From sequence record OW967251.1: a DNA stretch of 64,000 nucleotides; one strand, given 5' to 3'. Both the position numbers and the translations under genes were made by a program. The stretch's first letter is position 1, and every line of letters starts with the position of its first letter. This document shows, piece by piece, positions 45,616 to 55,719 of this stretch. The DNA is from a plasmid. The notes under the pieces are model-generated. The model was not told where the DNA came from and searched no databases. It saw only the letters and a program-made list of their open reading frames with translations.

Positions 45616-46152
45616 ATGCACATTATCAATGCTGAAGAGCAGCACATTCCCGCCATACGGCGCATTTACGCCCATCATGTCCTGCACGGCACAGGCAGCT
45701 TCGAGACGGAACCCCCGGACACGCAGGAAATGCTTGCCCGGGTGAAAAATGTTCAGTCACGTGGATTTCCCTGGTATATCGCCCTGCAGGGGGAGACGGT
45801 CATCGGCTACTGTTATCTCTCCCGCTACCGCGAACGCCATGCCTACCGGTTTACGGTTGAAAATTCGGTGTACATCGATCCGGCTTATCAGCGGCAGGGG
45901 GGCGGAAAAGCCTTACTCGATCATGCCTTAACATGGGCCCGGTCTCAGGGATACCGCCAGATGATAGCGGTTGTGGGGGACAGTGCGAACGTCGCGTCTG
46001 TAGCGCTGCATCTTCGCGCCGGATTTACTGAAATCGGCACGCTGAAGGACATCGGTTTCAAGCATGGCCGCTGGCTGGACACGGTGTTGCTGCAGCGTCA
46101 GCTGGGAAAAGGGAGCTGTACGCTGCCGGACAGTCCGGTACCCGGACGCTGA
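45616..46152 (+). CDS. PAT-family GNAT acetyltransferase (ArsN1-like)
   Basis: 178 aa; ALQGETVIGYCYL...YRFTVENSVYIDPAYQRQGGGKALL. Confidence 0.7.
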   Translation: MHIINAEEQHIPAIRRIYAHHVLHGTGSFETEPPDTQEMLARVKNVQSRGFPWYIALQGETVIGYCYLSRYRERHAYRFTVENSVYIDPAYQRQGGGKALLDHALTWARSQGYRQMIAVVGDSANVASVALHLRAGFTEIGTLKDIGFKHGRWLDTVLLQRQLGKGSCTLPDSPVPGR

Positions 46153-46160
46153 GGCAGGAG

Positions 46161-46182
46161 AAAGGGGGCATCGCCCCCTTTC
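46161..46182. terminator. Bidirectional terminator between the arsN-like gene and arsC
   Basis: AAAGGGGGCATCGCCCCCTTTC. Confidence 0.55.
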
Positions 46183-46184
46183 GG

Positions 46185-46610
46185 TTATTTCAGCCGTTTC
46201 CCTGCCTCATCTACTACTTTCTCGCCGTCTTCCTTAGCAAATGCGCCTTTTTGCGCATCCGGAAGAATATCCAGTACCACTTCGGAAGGGCGGCACAGAC
46301 GCGTTCCCAACGGTGTCACCACAATCGGACGGTTAATCAGGATCGGATGCTGAAGCATAAAATCGATTAACTGATCGTCAGTAAACTTATCTTCCTCAAG
46401 CCCCAGTTCTTCATAAGGCTCGACGTTTTTGCGCAGCAAAGCCCGGACTGAAATGCCCATATCTGCAATGAGTTTGACCAGCTCATCGCGTGACGGTGGA
46501 TTTTCAAGGTAATGAATAACGGTCGGTTCATTACCACTGTTGCGGATCATCTCCAGCGTATTACGCGACGTGCCGCAGGCCGGGTTGTGATAAATGGTGA
46601 TGTTGCTCAT
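46185..46610 (-). CDS. arsC: Arsenate reductase ArsC (glutaredoxin-coupled, R773 type)
   Basis: 141-aa MSNITIYHNPACGTSRNTL with catalytic Cys12. Confidence 0.9.
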   Translation of the reverse strand: MSNITIYHNPACGTSRNTLEMIRNSGNEPTVIHYLENPPSRDELVKLIADMGISVRALLRKNVEPYEELGLEEDKFTDDQLIDFMLQHPILINRPIVVTPLGTRLCRPSEVVLDILPDAQKGAFAKEDGEKVVDEAGKRLK

Positions 46611-46622
46611 ATCAGTATCTCA

Positions 46623-47912
46623 TTACAAAGTGAAAGAGAGACGTAGCGCCAGCGCTGCCAGCGTTACAAACAGCACAGGCAGAGTCATGACGATCCCGGT
46701 GCGGAAATAGTATCCCCAGGTGATGGTCATATTCTTCTGTGAAAGGACATGCAGCCAGAGCAGCGTTGCCAGGCTACCAATAGGTGTAATTTTAGGTCCC
46801 AGATCGCAGCCAATCACGTTGGCGTAGATCATCGCTTCTTTGATAACGCCTGTTGCGGTGCTTCCATCGATAGAAAGAGCGCCAACCAGCACGGTAGGCA
46901 TGTTGTTCATGATGGAAGACAGGAAAGCCGTCAGGAAGCCAGTACCCAGCGTTGCAGCCCAGAGTCCTTTATCCGCAAGTACATTCAGCACACCTGAAAG
47001 GTATTCGGTTAGCCCGGCGTTGCGCAGACCGTAGACCACCAGGTACATCCCCAATGAGAAGATGACGATCTGCCATGGCGCACCGCGCAGCACTTTGCCA
47101 GTTTTAATGGCATGGCCTCGTTTAGCTACTGCAAACAGGATCACAGCTCCAACAGCCGCAATCGCGCTAACGGGAATACCAAGCGGCTCAAGGACAAAGA
47201 ACCCAACCAGCAGAAGTATTAAAACTATCCAGCCGGTTCTGAAGGTTGCCAGATCTTTAATCGCTTTTGCCGGTGCTTTCAGAAGAGCCAGGTCGTAAGT
47301 CGGTGGGATATCCTTGCGGAAGAACAAATGCAGCATAACCAACGTGGCAACAATGGCTGCAATATCCACCGGCACCATTACCGACGCATACTCGGTGAAG
47401 CCCAGTCCAAAGAAGTCTGCAGAAACGATGTTAACCAGGTTGGACACGATAAGCGGCAGGCTGGCTGTATCGGCAATAAACCCGGCAGCCATGACGAATG
47501 CCAGTGTCGTGCCTTTGCTGAACCCTAATGCCAGCAGCATGGCGATGACTATCGGCGTCAGAATAAGTGCCGCACCATCGTTGGCAAACAGTGCCGCCAC
47601 CGCTGCACCAAGCAGAACGATATACGTAAAGAGCAAACGGCCACGACCGTTACCCCAGCGCGAAACATGCAATGCCGCCCATTCGAAAAAGCCGGACTCA
47701 TCAAGCAGCAGGCTGATAATAATCACGGCAATAAAGGTCGCCGTCGCGTTCCAGACGATATTCCACACCACCGGAATATCGCCCACATGCACAACGCCAG
47801 ATATCAGAGCCAGTCCCGCGCCCAGCATTGCACTCCAGCCGATCCCTAATCCCTTTGGTTGCCAGATAACCAAAACAATGGTCAGGACAAAAATAGCGCC
47901 TGCCAGTAACAT
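46623..47912 (-). CDS. arsB: Arsenite efflux permease ArsB
   Basis: 429-aa, 12-TM. Confidence 0.9.
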   Translation of the reverse strand: MLLAGAIFVLTIVLVIWQPKGLGIGWSAMLGAGLALISGVVHVGDIPVVWNIVWNATATFIAVIIISLLLDESGFFEWAALHVSRWGNGRGRLLFTYIVLLGAAVAALFANDGAALILTPIVIAMLLALGFSKGTTLAFVMAAGFIADTASLPLIVSNLVNIVSADFFGLGFTEYASVMVPVDIAAIVATLVMLHLFFRKDIPPTYDLALLKAPAKAIKDLATFRTGWIVLILLLVGFFVLEPLGIPVSAIAAVGAVILFAVAKRGHAIKTGKVLRGAPWQIVIFSLGMYLVVYGLRNAGLTEYLSGVLNVLADKGLWAATLGTGFLTAFLSSIMNNMPTVLVGALSIDGSTATGVIKEAMIYANVIGCDLGPKITPIGSLATLLWLHVLSQKNMTITWGYYFRTGIVMTLPVLFVTLAALALRLSFTL

Positions 47913-47959
47913 AAAACCTCCTGACAGGGCGACTTTGTCGCCCTGTAGATGTCAAAAAA

Positions 47960-49711
47960 TTAACTCATCAACTCTCTGAGCTTTTCAATACCGGCGGGCT
48001 CTGACGCCAGCACCGGAACAAGCGCTATACGGTCAGCATGCTGATTCTTAACAGCCTCAATCTGAGGCAGTTCCTGTTGAGCACGCTGACAAAGCAACGG
48101 AGAACGCGTATCCGCAATGGAAAGGCTGTTATTGATAATCCAGCCCCACGGATGAATCCCCGCTCTTTCAAGGTCAGCCTGCAGGTTTGCCGCTTCCAGC
48201 ACCGGTGTGGTTTCAGGAAGCGTAACCAGCAGAACTTTGGTTCTATCCGGGTCCTGAAGCTGCATCATGGGGGTAGTAAAATGACCTTTACTCCCCATTT
48301 TTTTGGCAATCTCTCGGTGATAAGCCCCGGTCGCATCCAGCAACAGCAGCGTGTGTCCGGTAGGGGCGGTATCCATGACAACAAAGCGCTTACCCGCTTC
48401 ACGAATCACACGGGAGAAGGCCTGAAACACGGCAATTTCTTCAGTACAGGGAGAGCGTAAATCCTCTTCCAGTAACCGTTTCCCTGCTTCGTCCAGATCT
48501 CTTCCCTTCGTCTCAAGAACATGCTGGCGATAGCGTTCGGTTTCATCGTGAGGGTTGATGCGGCTGACCTGCAGGTTTTTGAGGCTGCCGTTCAGCGTTG
48601 TACTCAGGTGCGCAGCAGGATCAGAGGTCGTGAGATGCACGTCAAATCCCATGTCGGCCAGCCTGACGGCGATGGCGGCAGCCATCGTGGTTTTCCCTAC
48701 ACCACCTTTGCCCATCAGCATAATCAGGCCGTGTTCACTGCGAGCGATATCATCGACCAGGCCAGAGAGTGATAAGTTTTCAGGCGTGTACAGGATGTTC
48801 GTTACCGGGAGCGGTAATGCCTCAGAACGGGTAGCCAGCAGTCCCTTCAATGCTGAAACACCAACCATATTGACTGGCTGGAGTAACAGGGTATCTGTCG
48901 GTAGCTCAGATAAACCGGCAGGAAGATTTGCCAGTGCCTCCTGCTCACGTTGCCATATCGCCGCGGCCAGGGCGTCATGTTCAGCTTCGGCTTCAGGCAG
49001 CACACCATTAATCACCAGATATTGATTTTTCAGGCCAATCTCAGCCAGTTCCTCATGAGTGCGGGCGACTTCCTGCAGCGTAGAATTTTGCAGTCGTGCA
49101 ACCAGAACCAAGCGGGTACGTTCAGGGTCGGATAACGCCTCTACCGCATGAGCATACTGCTCACGCTGCTTTTCCAGCCCGGCCATCGGGCCAAGACAGG
49201 AGGCACCATCTGGATTGCTTTCAATAAAGCTACTCCAGGCACCAGGAAGCTGGAGAAGGCGAATCGTGTGGCCCGTCGGCGCGGTATCAAAAATGATGTG
49301 ATCGAAACGGGTCAGCAGGGAAGCGTCTGTCAATAAGCCGGTGAACTCATCAAACGCCGCAATCTCAGTGGTGCAGGCTCCTGAAAGCTGCTCGCTGATA
49401 CTGTTAACAACGTCATCAGGCAGAAGACCTTTGATAGGATCAACGATTCTGGCCCGATATTGCCGGGCGGCTTCCTGCGGGTCAATCTCCAGAGCAGAAA
49501 GCCCAGGAACTGCTGTCACAGGGCGAATCGTGTTACCGATAGCCAGATCGAATACCTGACCGACATTGGAGGCCGGGTCGGTACTGACCAGCAAAACCCG
49601 CTTACCCTGTTCGGCAAGGTGGATAGCCGTCGCGCAGGAAATGGAAGTTTTTCCTACACCACCCTTGCCAGTAAAAAACAGGTAAGGCGGGATATTCTGT
49701 AATAATTTCAT
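47960..49711 (-). CDS. arsA: Arsenite-stimulated ATPase ArsA
   Basis: 583 aa from MKLLQNIPPYLFFTGKGGVGKTS. Two P-loops and metalloid-binding Cys. RBS AGGAGG is 7 nt upstream. Confidence 0.9.
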   Translation of the reverse strand: MKLLQNIPPYLFFTGKGGVGKTSISCATAIHLAEQGKRVLLVSTDPASNVGQVFDLAIGNTIRPVTAVPGLSALEIDPQEAARQYRARIVDPIKGLLPDDVVNSISEQLSGACTTEIAAFDEFTGLLTDASLLTRFDHIIFDTAPTGHTIRLLQLPGAWSSFIESNPDGASCLGPMAGLEKQREQYAHAVEALSDPERTRLVLVARLQNSTLQEVARTHEELAEIGLKNQYLVINGVLPEAEAEHDALAAAIWQREQEALANLPAGLSELPTDTLLLQPVNMVGVSALKGLLATRSEALPLPVTNILYTPENLSLSGLVDDIARSEHGLIMLMGKGGVGKTTMAAAIAVRLADMGFDVHLTTSDPAAHLSTTLNGSLKNLQVSRINPHDETERYRQHVLETKGRDLDEAGKRLLEEDLRSPCTEEIAVFQAFSRVIREAGKRFVVMDTAPTGHTLLLLDATGAYHREIAKKMGSKGHFTTPMMQLQDPDRTKVLLVTLPETTPVLEAANLQADLERAGIHPWGWIINNSLSIADTRSPLLCQRAQQELPQIEAVKNQHADRIALVPVLASEPAGIEKLRELMS

Positions 49712-49728
49712 ATGTCCTCCTGACATAT

Positions 49729-50091
49729 TCAGCAACAGGAAGTATTACCACCACAGCAACTGGTGGGAGCTAACCCTACCTTCTCCAGCGGAATACCGAA
49801 CCAGCGAGCCAGCTCAGCGCGTTTTGGGTATCGCCCAGCCATCACCGTTTCGCCGTCCAGCAACAGCAGCGGAAGCCCTTCTGCGCCGGATGCATCGAGG
49901 AAGGCTTTCGCTTTCTCATTGTGAACAAAGCTCATGGGCTGCTGCGCCAGGTTGTAACGTTCAACCTGTACGCCACGTCCTTTCAGCCACTGCATATCAG
50001 CAGAAAAATCAACCAGAACCTGATCGACATCTGAACCACATACACCGGTACTGCAGCACATTGCCGGGTCAAACACCGTTAACGTCTTCAT
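49729..50091 (-). CDS. arsD: Arsenic metallochaperone and repressor ArsD
   Basis: 120-aa MKTLTVFDPAMCCSTGVCG...CCGGNTSCC. Confidence 0.9.
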   Translation of the reverse strand: MKTLTVFDPAMCCSTGVCGSDVDQVLVDFSADMQWLKGRGVQVERYNLAQQPMSFVHNEKAKAFLDASGAEGLPLLLLDGETVMAGRYPKRAELARWFGIPLEKVGLAPTSCCGGNTSCC

Positions 50092-50140
50092 TCTGAATAC
50101 CTCATACATTCGAAAAAACACATATGTTCAGGCAAATTTT

Positions 50141-50491
50141 TTAGATGCAAACAGCCTTACCGCTACCAGAGCAGTTTGCCGATGCCAGCTTACGGGCGAT
50201 GGCCTGTACGTCGTCCTGTTGGCTTAACCAGGCCTGCTCAATCACCTGAGCAGCCCAGGAAGGAATATGCGGGGATAAGCGATAATGAACCCATTTCCCC
50301 TGCTTGCGATCCAGCAATAGACCGCTTTCCCGGAGCATTGCCAGATGACGGGAGATCTTGGGCTGGGACTCATCCAGCGCCGTGCAGAAATCGCAGACGC
50401 ACAGTTCTCCCAGCTCCCTGAGCAGCAGGACAATACCCAGACGGGTTTCATCGGACAGGTTTTTGAAAAGCTTAAGGGCTGTAAGGGGCAT
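50141..50491 (-). CDS. arsR: Arsenical resistance repressor ArsR (canonical ELCVCDF site)
   Basis: 117-aa MPLTALKLFKNLSDETRLGIVLLLRELGELCVCDFC. RBS AGGAGG. Confidence 0.9.
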   Translation of the reverse strand: MPLTALKLFKNLSDETRLGIVLLLRELGELCVCDFCTALDESQPKISRHLAMLRESGLLLDRKQGKWVHYRLSPHIPSWAAQVIEQAWLSQQDDVQAIARKLASANCSGSGKAVCI

Positions 50492-50694
50492 TATTCCTCC
50501 TGTTCGGTTGCGTAAAGCATACGCCCGAAGACAAAAAAAACAACCATATATTCGGAAAATCGAATGTGTGAAAGTGTCAGATGACGCTGTCACGCTGGTA
50601 TACGTCCATTACTTTCCGGGGAAAATACATGTGTGTTACAGAGATCCGACTTAGCCAGAAATCGGATCTGCGCGGCGGGAAACCGGTAAGTGAT

Positions 50695-50825
50695 ATGATA
50701 ATTAAGTCACACTCACAAAATCATACTTGATATGATATTTATCATTAACCGCATAATAATATCTGATATGATGTTTAAATGATGAATAACAAATCATATA
50801 TGATATGATTTATCTTCTTTAATCA
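50695..50825. repeat. Four direct repeats with a 36-37-bp period and TGATATGAT core, upstream of the 50849 operon
   Basis: Cores at 50701, 50738, 50774 and 50811; flanking bases partly conserved (TCATA..TGATATGAT.TTTA). Confidence 0.6.
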
Positions 50826-50848
50826 CATAATCAGACGGAGCGTGCAGG

Positions 50849-51118
50849 ATGGATGAGAAAGTATTCTTTCACCTGAGTTATGAAACCATGCTTGGCGACA
50901 CGGAAGATTTTATTAACGCGTGTCTTGAACGGGCAAACCGTGCGGACTGCAATGATGCCGATGCGGAGATTGCCCGGGCACGCAGCGCGATCGAACTCTG
51001 GTACCACCTGGCGATGGCGGGCCGTGCCCCGGAAGACGTCGCCGACAGGGACCATCTGCGCCTCACCGGAATGCTCCTGCGCGCTCCCACAGCAGAACAA
51101 CGTTCATGGCAGCAGTAA
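50849..51118 (+). CDS. Hypothetical 89-aa protein (first gene of a GC-rich operon)
   Basis: RBS GGAG upstream; overlaps the next ORF by 13 bp. Confidence 0.5.
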   Translation: MDEKVFFHLSYETMLGDTEDFINACLERANRADCNDADAEIARARSAIELWYHLAMAGRAPEDVADRDHLRLTGMLLRAPTAEQRSWQQ

Positions 51119-51681
51119 CAACCTCCCGCAGGCCGTCGCCGCTGCAGCGACGGGTACTGATTGTGCTGGCCGCCCTCGATGCGAAACGTCCGGGGCCGGT
51201 GGCGACGCGGGATATCGAGCGGGTGCTGGAGCAGGGCGGGGACGCCCCGGTGTACGGACCGAACCTGCGCGCCTCCTGCCGGCGCATGGAAGCCGCGGGC
51301 TGGCTGCGCACCCTGCGCGCGCCGAACCTGCAGCTGGCCGTCGAGCTGACGGAGGCCGGTCGCGGCATTGCAGAACCGCTCTTCCAGGCAGAACGCGAGG
51401 CTGAAACGGCACGACAACGACTGACCGACGTCCGGCGTCTGCCGTTACGCCAGACGGCTGCCGGTGACGCGGTGGAGCTGCAGCTGGGTGACGGCCATTA
51501 CACCATCAGGGAAGCGGCCTACGTGATCCGTCTGGACGGTACCACCTGCCTGCAGCTGACGGATGCCGGCGGCATACGCCGGATAAAAGAGGGCGATCCC
51601 CTGCAGGTGGCCAGCTGGTATCAGGCCTGTTTTGATGCAGGCCTGCCGGTCATCGTTCAGGTGAATGAGAGCCGGGACTGA
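51106..51681 (+). CDS. Hypothetical 191-aa protein with possible N-terminal winged-helix region
   Basis: RRVLIVLAALDAKRPGPVATRDIERVL; about 70% GC. Confidence 0.5.
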   Translation: MAAVTTSRRPSPLQRRVLIVLAALDAKRPGPVATRDIERVLEQGGDAPVYGPNLRASCRRMEAAGWLRTLRAPNLQLAVELTEAGRGIAEPLFQAEREAETARQRLTDVRRLPLRQTAAGDAVELQLGDGHYTIREAAYVIRLDGTTCLQLTDAGGIRRIKEGDPLQVASWYQACFDAGLPVIVQVNESRD

Positions 51682-51711
51682 TCGCCACCACACAAGGAAC
51701 AGGAGCATAAA

Positions 51712-52206
51712 ATGAAAGTCACTGAACCCGGACTGAATACGCTGATCGATAACCTGAACACCCTGATTTGTGAGGACAGCCTGCTCACGCGCCAGGAGCG
51801 TGAAACCCTGGTGCGGGCCGTGGCGGCCATCGGCGCCATGAAAGCACGCGTCAGCATGAAAAAAGGCGAAGCGCCGACCGTTGCCAGACGGGAAAAAAGG
51901 GAGAAAAAAGACCGCCAGCCTGATCCGCGTTTTCCGCGAGCCGGTCATCCCTGGCAGGAAGACGAAAAAACCTTACTGAGTGATGCGCTTGAACCGGTCC
52001 CGGATGAAGAGATCGGTACGCATCTTTTCTGGCTTTCCGAGAAACTGGGCAGAACGCCTTTCAGTGTTGCTTTCCAGATCGCGGCAATCAGGGAGCTGCA
52101 GGACGGCTGGGAGGAGCAGTTCAGGGAGATTTCGGATAAAATTCGCTTGTCCGGCCTGAGCATCAGTGATTATCTGAAGCAGAACGGCACGGGCCATAAC
52201 GCCTGA
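51712..52206 (+). CDS. Hypothetical 164-aa protein
   Basis: Third co-oriented ORF, 30 bp after the previous one. Confidence 0.5.
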   Translation: MKVTEPGLNTLIDNLNTLICEDSLLTRQERETLVRAVAAIGAMKARVSMKKGEAPTVARREKREKKDRQPDPRFPRAGHPWQEDEKTLLSDALEPVPDEEIGTHLFWLSEKLGRTPFSVAFQIAAIRELQDGWEEQFREISDKIRLSGLSISDYLKQNGTGHNA

Positions 52207-52246
52207 AGAAATTTGCGTTACAGAAAAATTATATAACTGAGGGGCA

Positions 52247-52618
52247 GTGATGAAAACAGCGATATGGGTGGTGGTGTATTTCACGATGTGTTTTCTGCTT
52301 TTCACAGGCTGGATTTTCGCCTTTGCGCAGTATGCGCCCTATAACGGGCAGGAACACGCGTTTTCTCTGACGTATCTGCTTAATTTATTTTTTCTTCATG
52401 TAGTGATGGTACCTTACTACGAGTTTTTTCAGACTGAAATATACAGCAATGTATTAATGAGTCTGGCAGATGAATCCGGTCAGATGATACGTTTTCATCA
52501 CGTGGTACCTGTTCTAGGGATATATAGTCTGTCCGCACTCTTAACTTTTGTAGGTTACATCATATATGCAAAATGGTTCACTCATAACCGGCTGAAAGGA
52601 AATCTTCTTCCAAAATGA
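52247..52618 (+). CDS. Hypothetical 123-aa integral membrane protein
   Basis: Four predicted TM segments; immediately upstream of the hha-like gene. Confidence 0.45.
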   Translation: MMKTAIWVVVYFTMCFLLFTGWIFAFAQYAPYNGQEHAFSLTYLLNLFFLHVVMVPYYEFFQTEIYSNVLMSLADESGQMIRFHHVVPVLGIYSLSALLTFVGYIIYAKWFTHNRLKGNLLPK

Positions 52619-52698
52619 AATTACCGGGACACCTCAGGATATAAAAAACCAATGACGAAACAGGAATGGATTTTAAGACTACGCCGCTGTACATCTAA

Positions 52699-53894
<1,196 letters not shown>

Positions 53895-54103
53895 CTAAGG
53901 AAACTCTGGAAAGGATAATAGAAAAAAATAAATATTCCCTGACGGATGACGAACTTGAGCACTTTAATGCCGCAGTGGATCACCGGCTGGCGGAAATGGC
54001 AATGGGGAAGTTTTATGATAAAATTCCTGCAGGCGTCTGGAAATATGTTAAATAAAACAGCCAGCATCAGTCTGTTCGCAGTTATCTCACCTGGAGCGCA
54101 ATC

Positions 54104-54361
54104 ATGAATATGATATTTGAACTGATTGGATTGTTACTTGTAGTCGGATGCGCATTCTTCACCACTTTTTTCTTAGCCGCAGTAGCAGGCACTATGGTAG
54201 TTATTTTTGGGTGGGGAATTTCTATTGTCACCCCGAAGTTGGTTACCTGTACTAATGATTGCATCACTACTGTTTTTGATGCCAAACCCTTTGGCTGGCT
54301 TCTGATTGTGTTTTCATTAACCATGATGTTCTTTATTATCAGAGGTATGATTAAACGTTAG
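54104..54361 (+). CDS. Hypothetical small two-TM membrane protein (85 aa)
   Basis: Hydrophobic segments LIGLLLVVGCAFFTTFFLAAVAG and WLLIVFSLTMMFFII. Confidence 0.4.
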   Translation: MNMIFELIGLLLVVGCAFFTTFFLAAVAGTMVVIFGWGISIVTPKLVTCTNDCITTVFDAKPFGWLLIVFSLTMMFFIIRGMIKR

Positions 54362-54418
54362 ATTGCCTTTAGTGTGTAGTTAAATCATCATCATAACAGC
54401 GTTAATCTGAAACTGATA

Positions 54419-54691
54419 TTGCCGGAGGGGATCATCATGACGGGAAGAGGCATTAACACAGTACGTATCGGCGATGAAGTGAAGCACATCACCGAGCTCG
54501 ATGCACTAACACTCATGCATGAATGGTCAAAGCTTAAAAAAGAAAATGCAGACCTGTATGACTATAACGGTCAGGTTAACCGGGGGTGGCGCGGCTTTAT
54601 TCTTCGCATGATGGGTATCCATTTGCCTGATAACGACCGTGTTCGTCTTCAGGGCATTAATGCCAGAAAAGACTCCATCTATCCAGAATGA
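54419..54691 (+). CDS. Hypothetical 90-aa protein
   Basis: ORF with no recognised motifs; the start could be 54437. Confidence 0.35.
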   Translation: MPEGIIMTGRGINTVRIGDEVKHITELDALTLMHEWSKLKKENADLYDYNGQVNRGWRGFILRMMGIHLPDNDRVRLQGINARKDSIYPE

Positions 54692-54866
54692 AGCCACGCC
54701 TGCAGCGATAATGAGCTGACTATTGCAGAAGATCAGCCATCATTTTTCATTAAATGTATGATATTTAACATAAAACGCATTATCGGTACTTTGAAGTGTA
54801 TAGCATTTGCTATACGTTCGTGTTGTGTTATTCTTGTATATCAATTGCTATACAAGAGAGGTGTGT

Positions 54867-55603
<737 letters not shown>

Positions 55604-55719
55604 CTGGTTGCTGGAATGGGAAAGTAGCTGGTTACCGTCTTAACATATTGATTTTTATGTTATTTATTTTAATATTTAACATAATCTTTGTTATGCGCAC
55701 CTGTATTGTAACTCCAATA

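Noticed and set aside
50695-50825. Considered a small CRISPR array because of regularly spaced repeats
   Set aside because: The repeats are only about 9-15 bp conserved cores embedded in AT-rich DNA with 36-37-bp period, with no CRISPR-like repeat of 24 bp or more and no cas genes. More consistent with protein binding sites.
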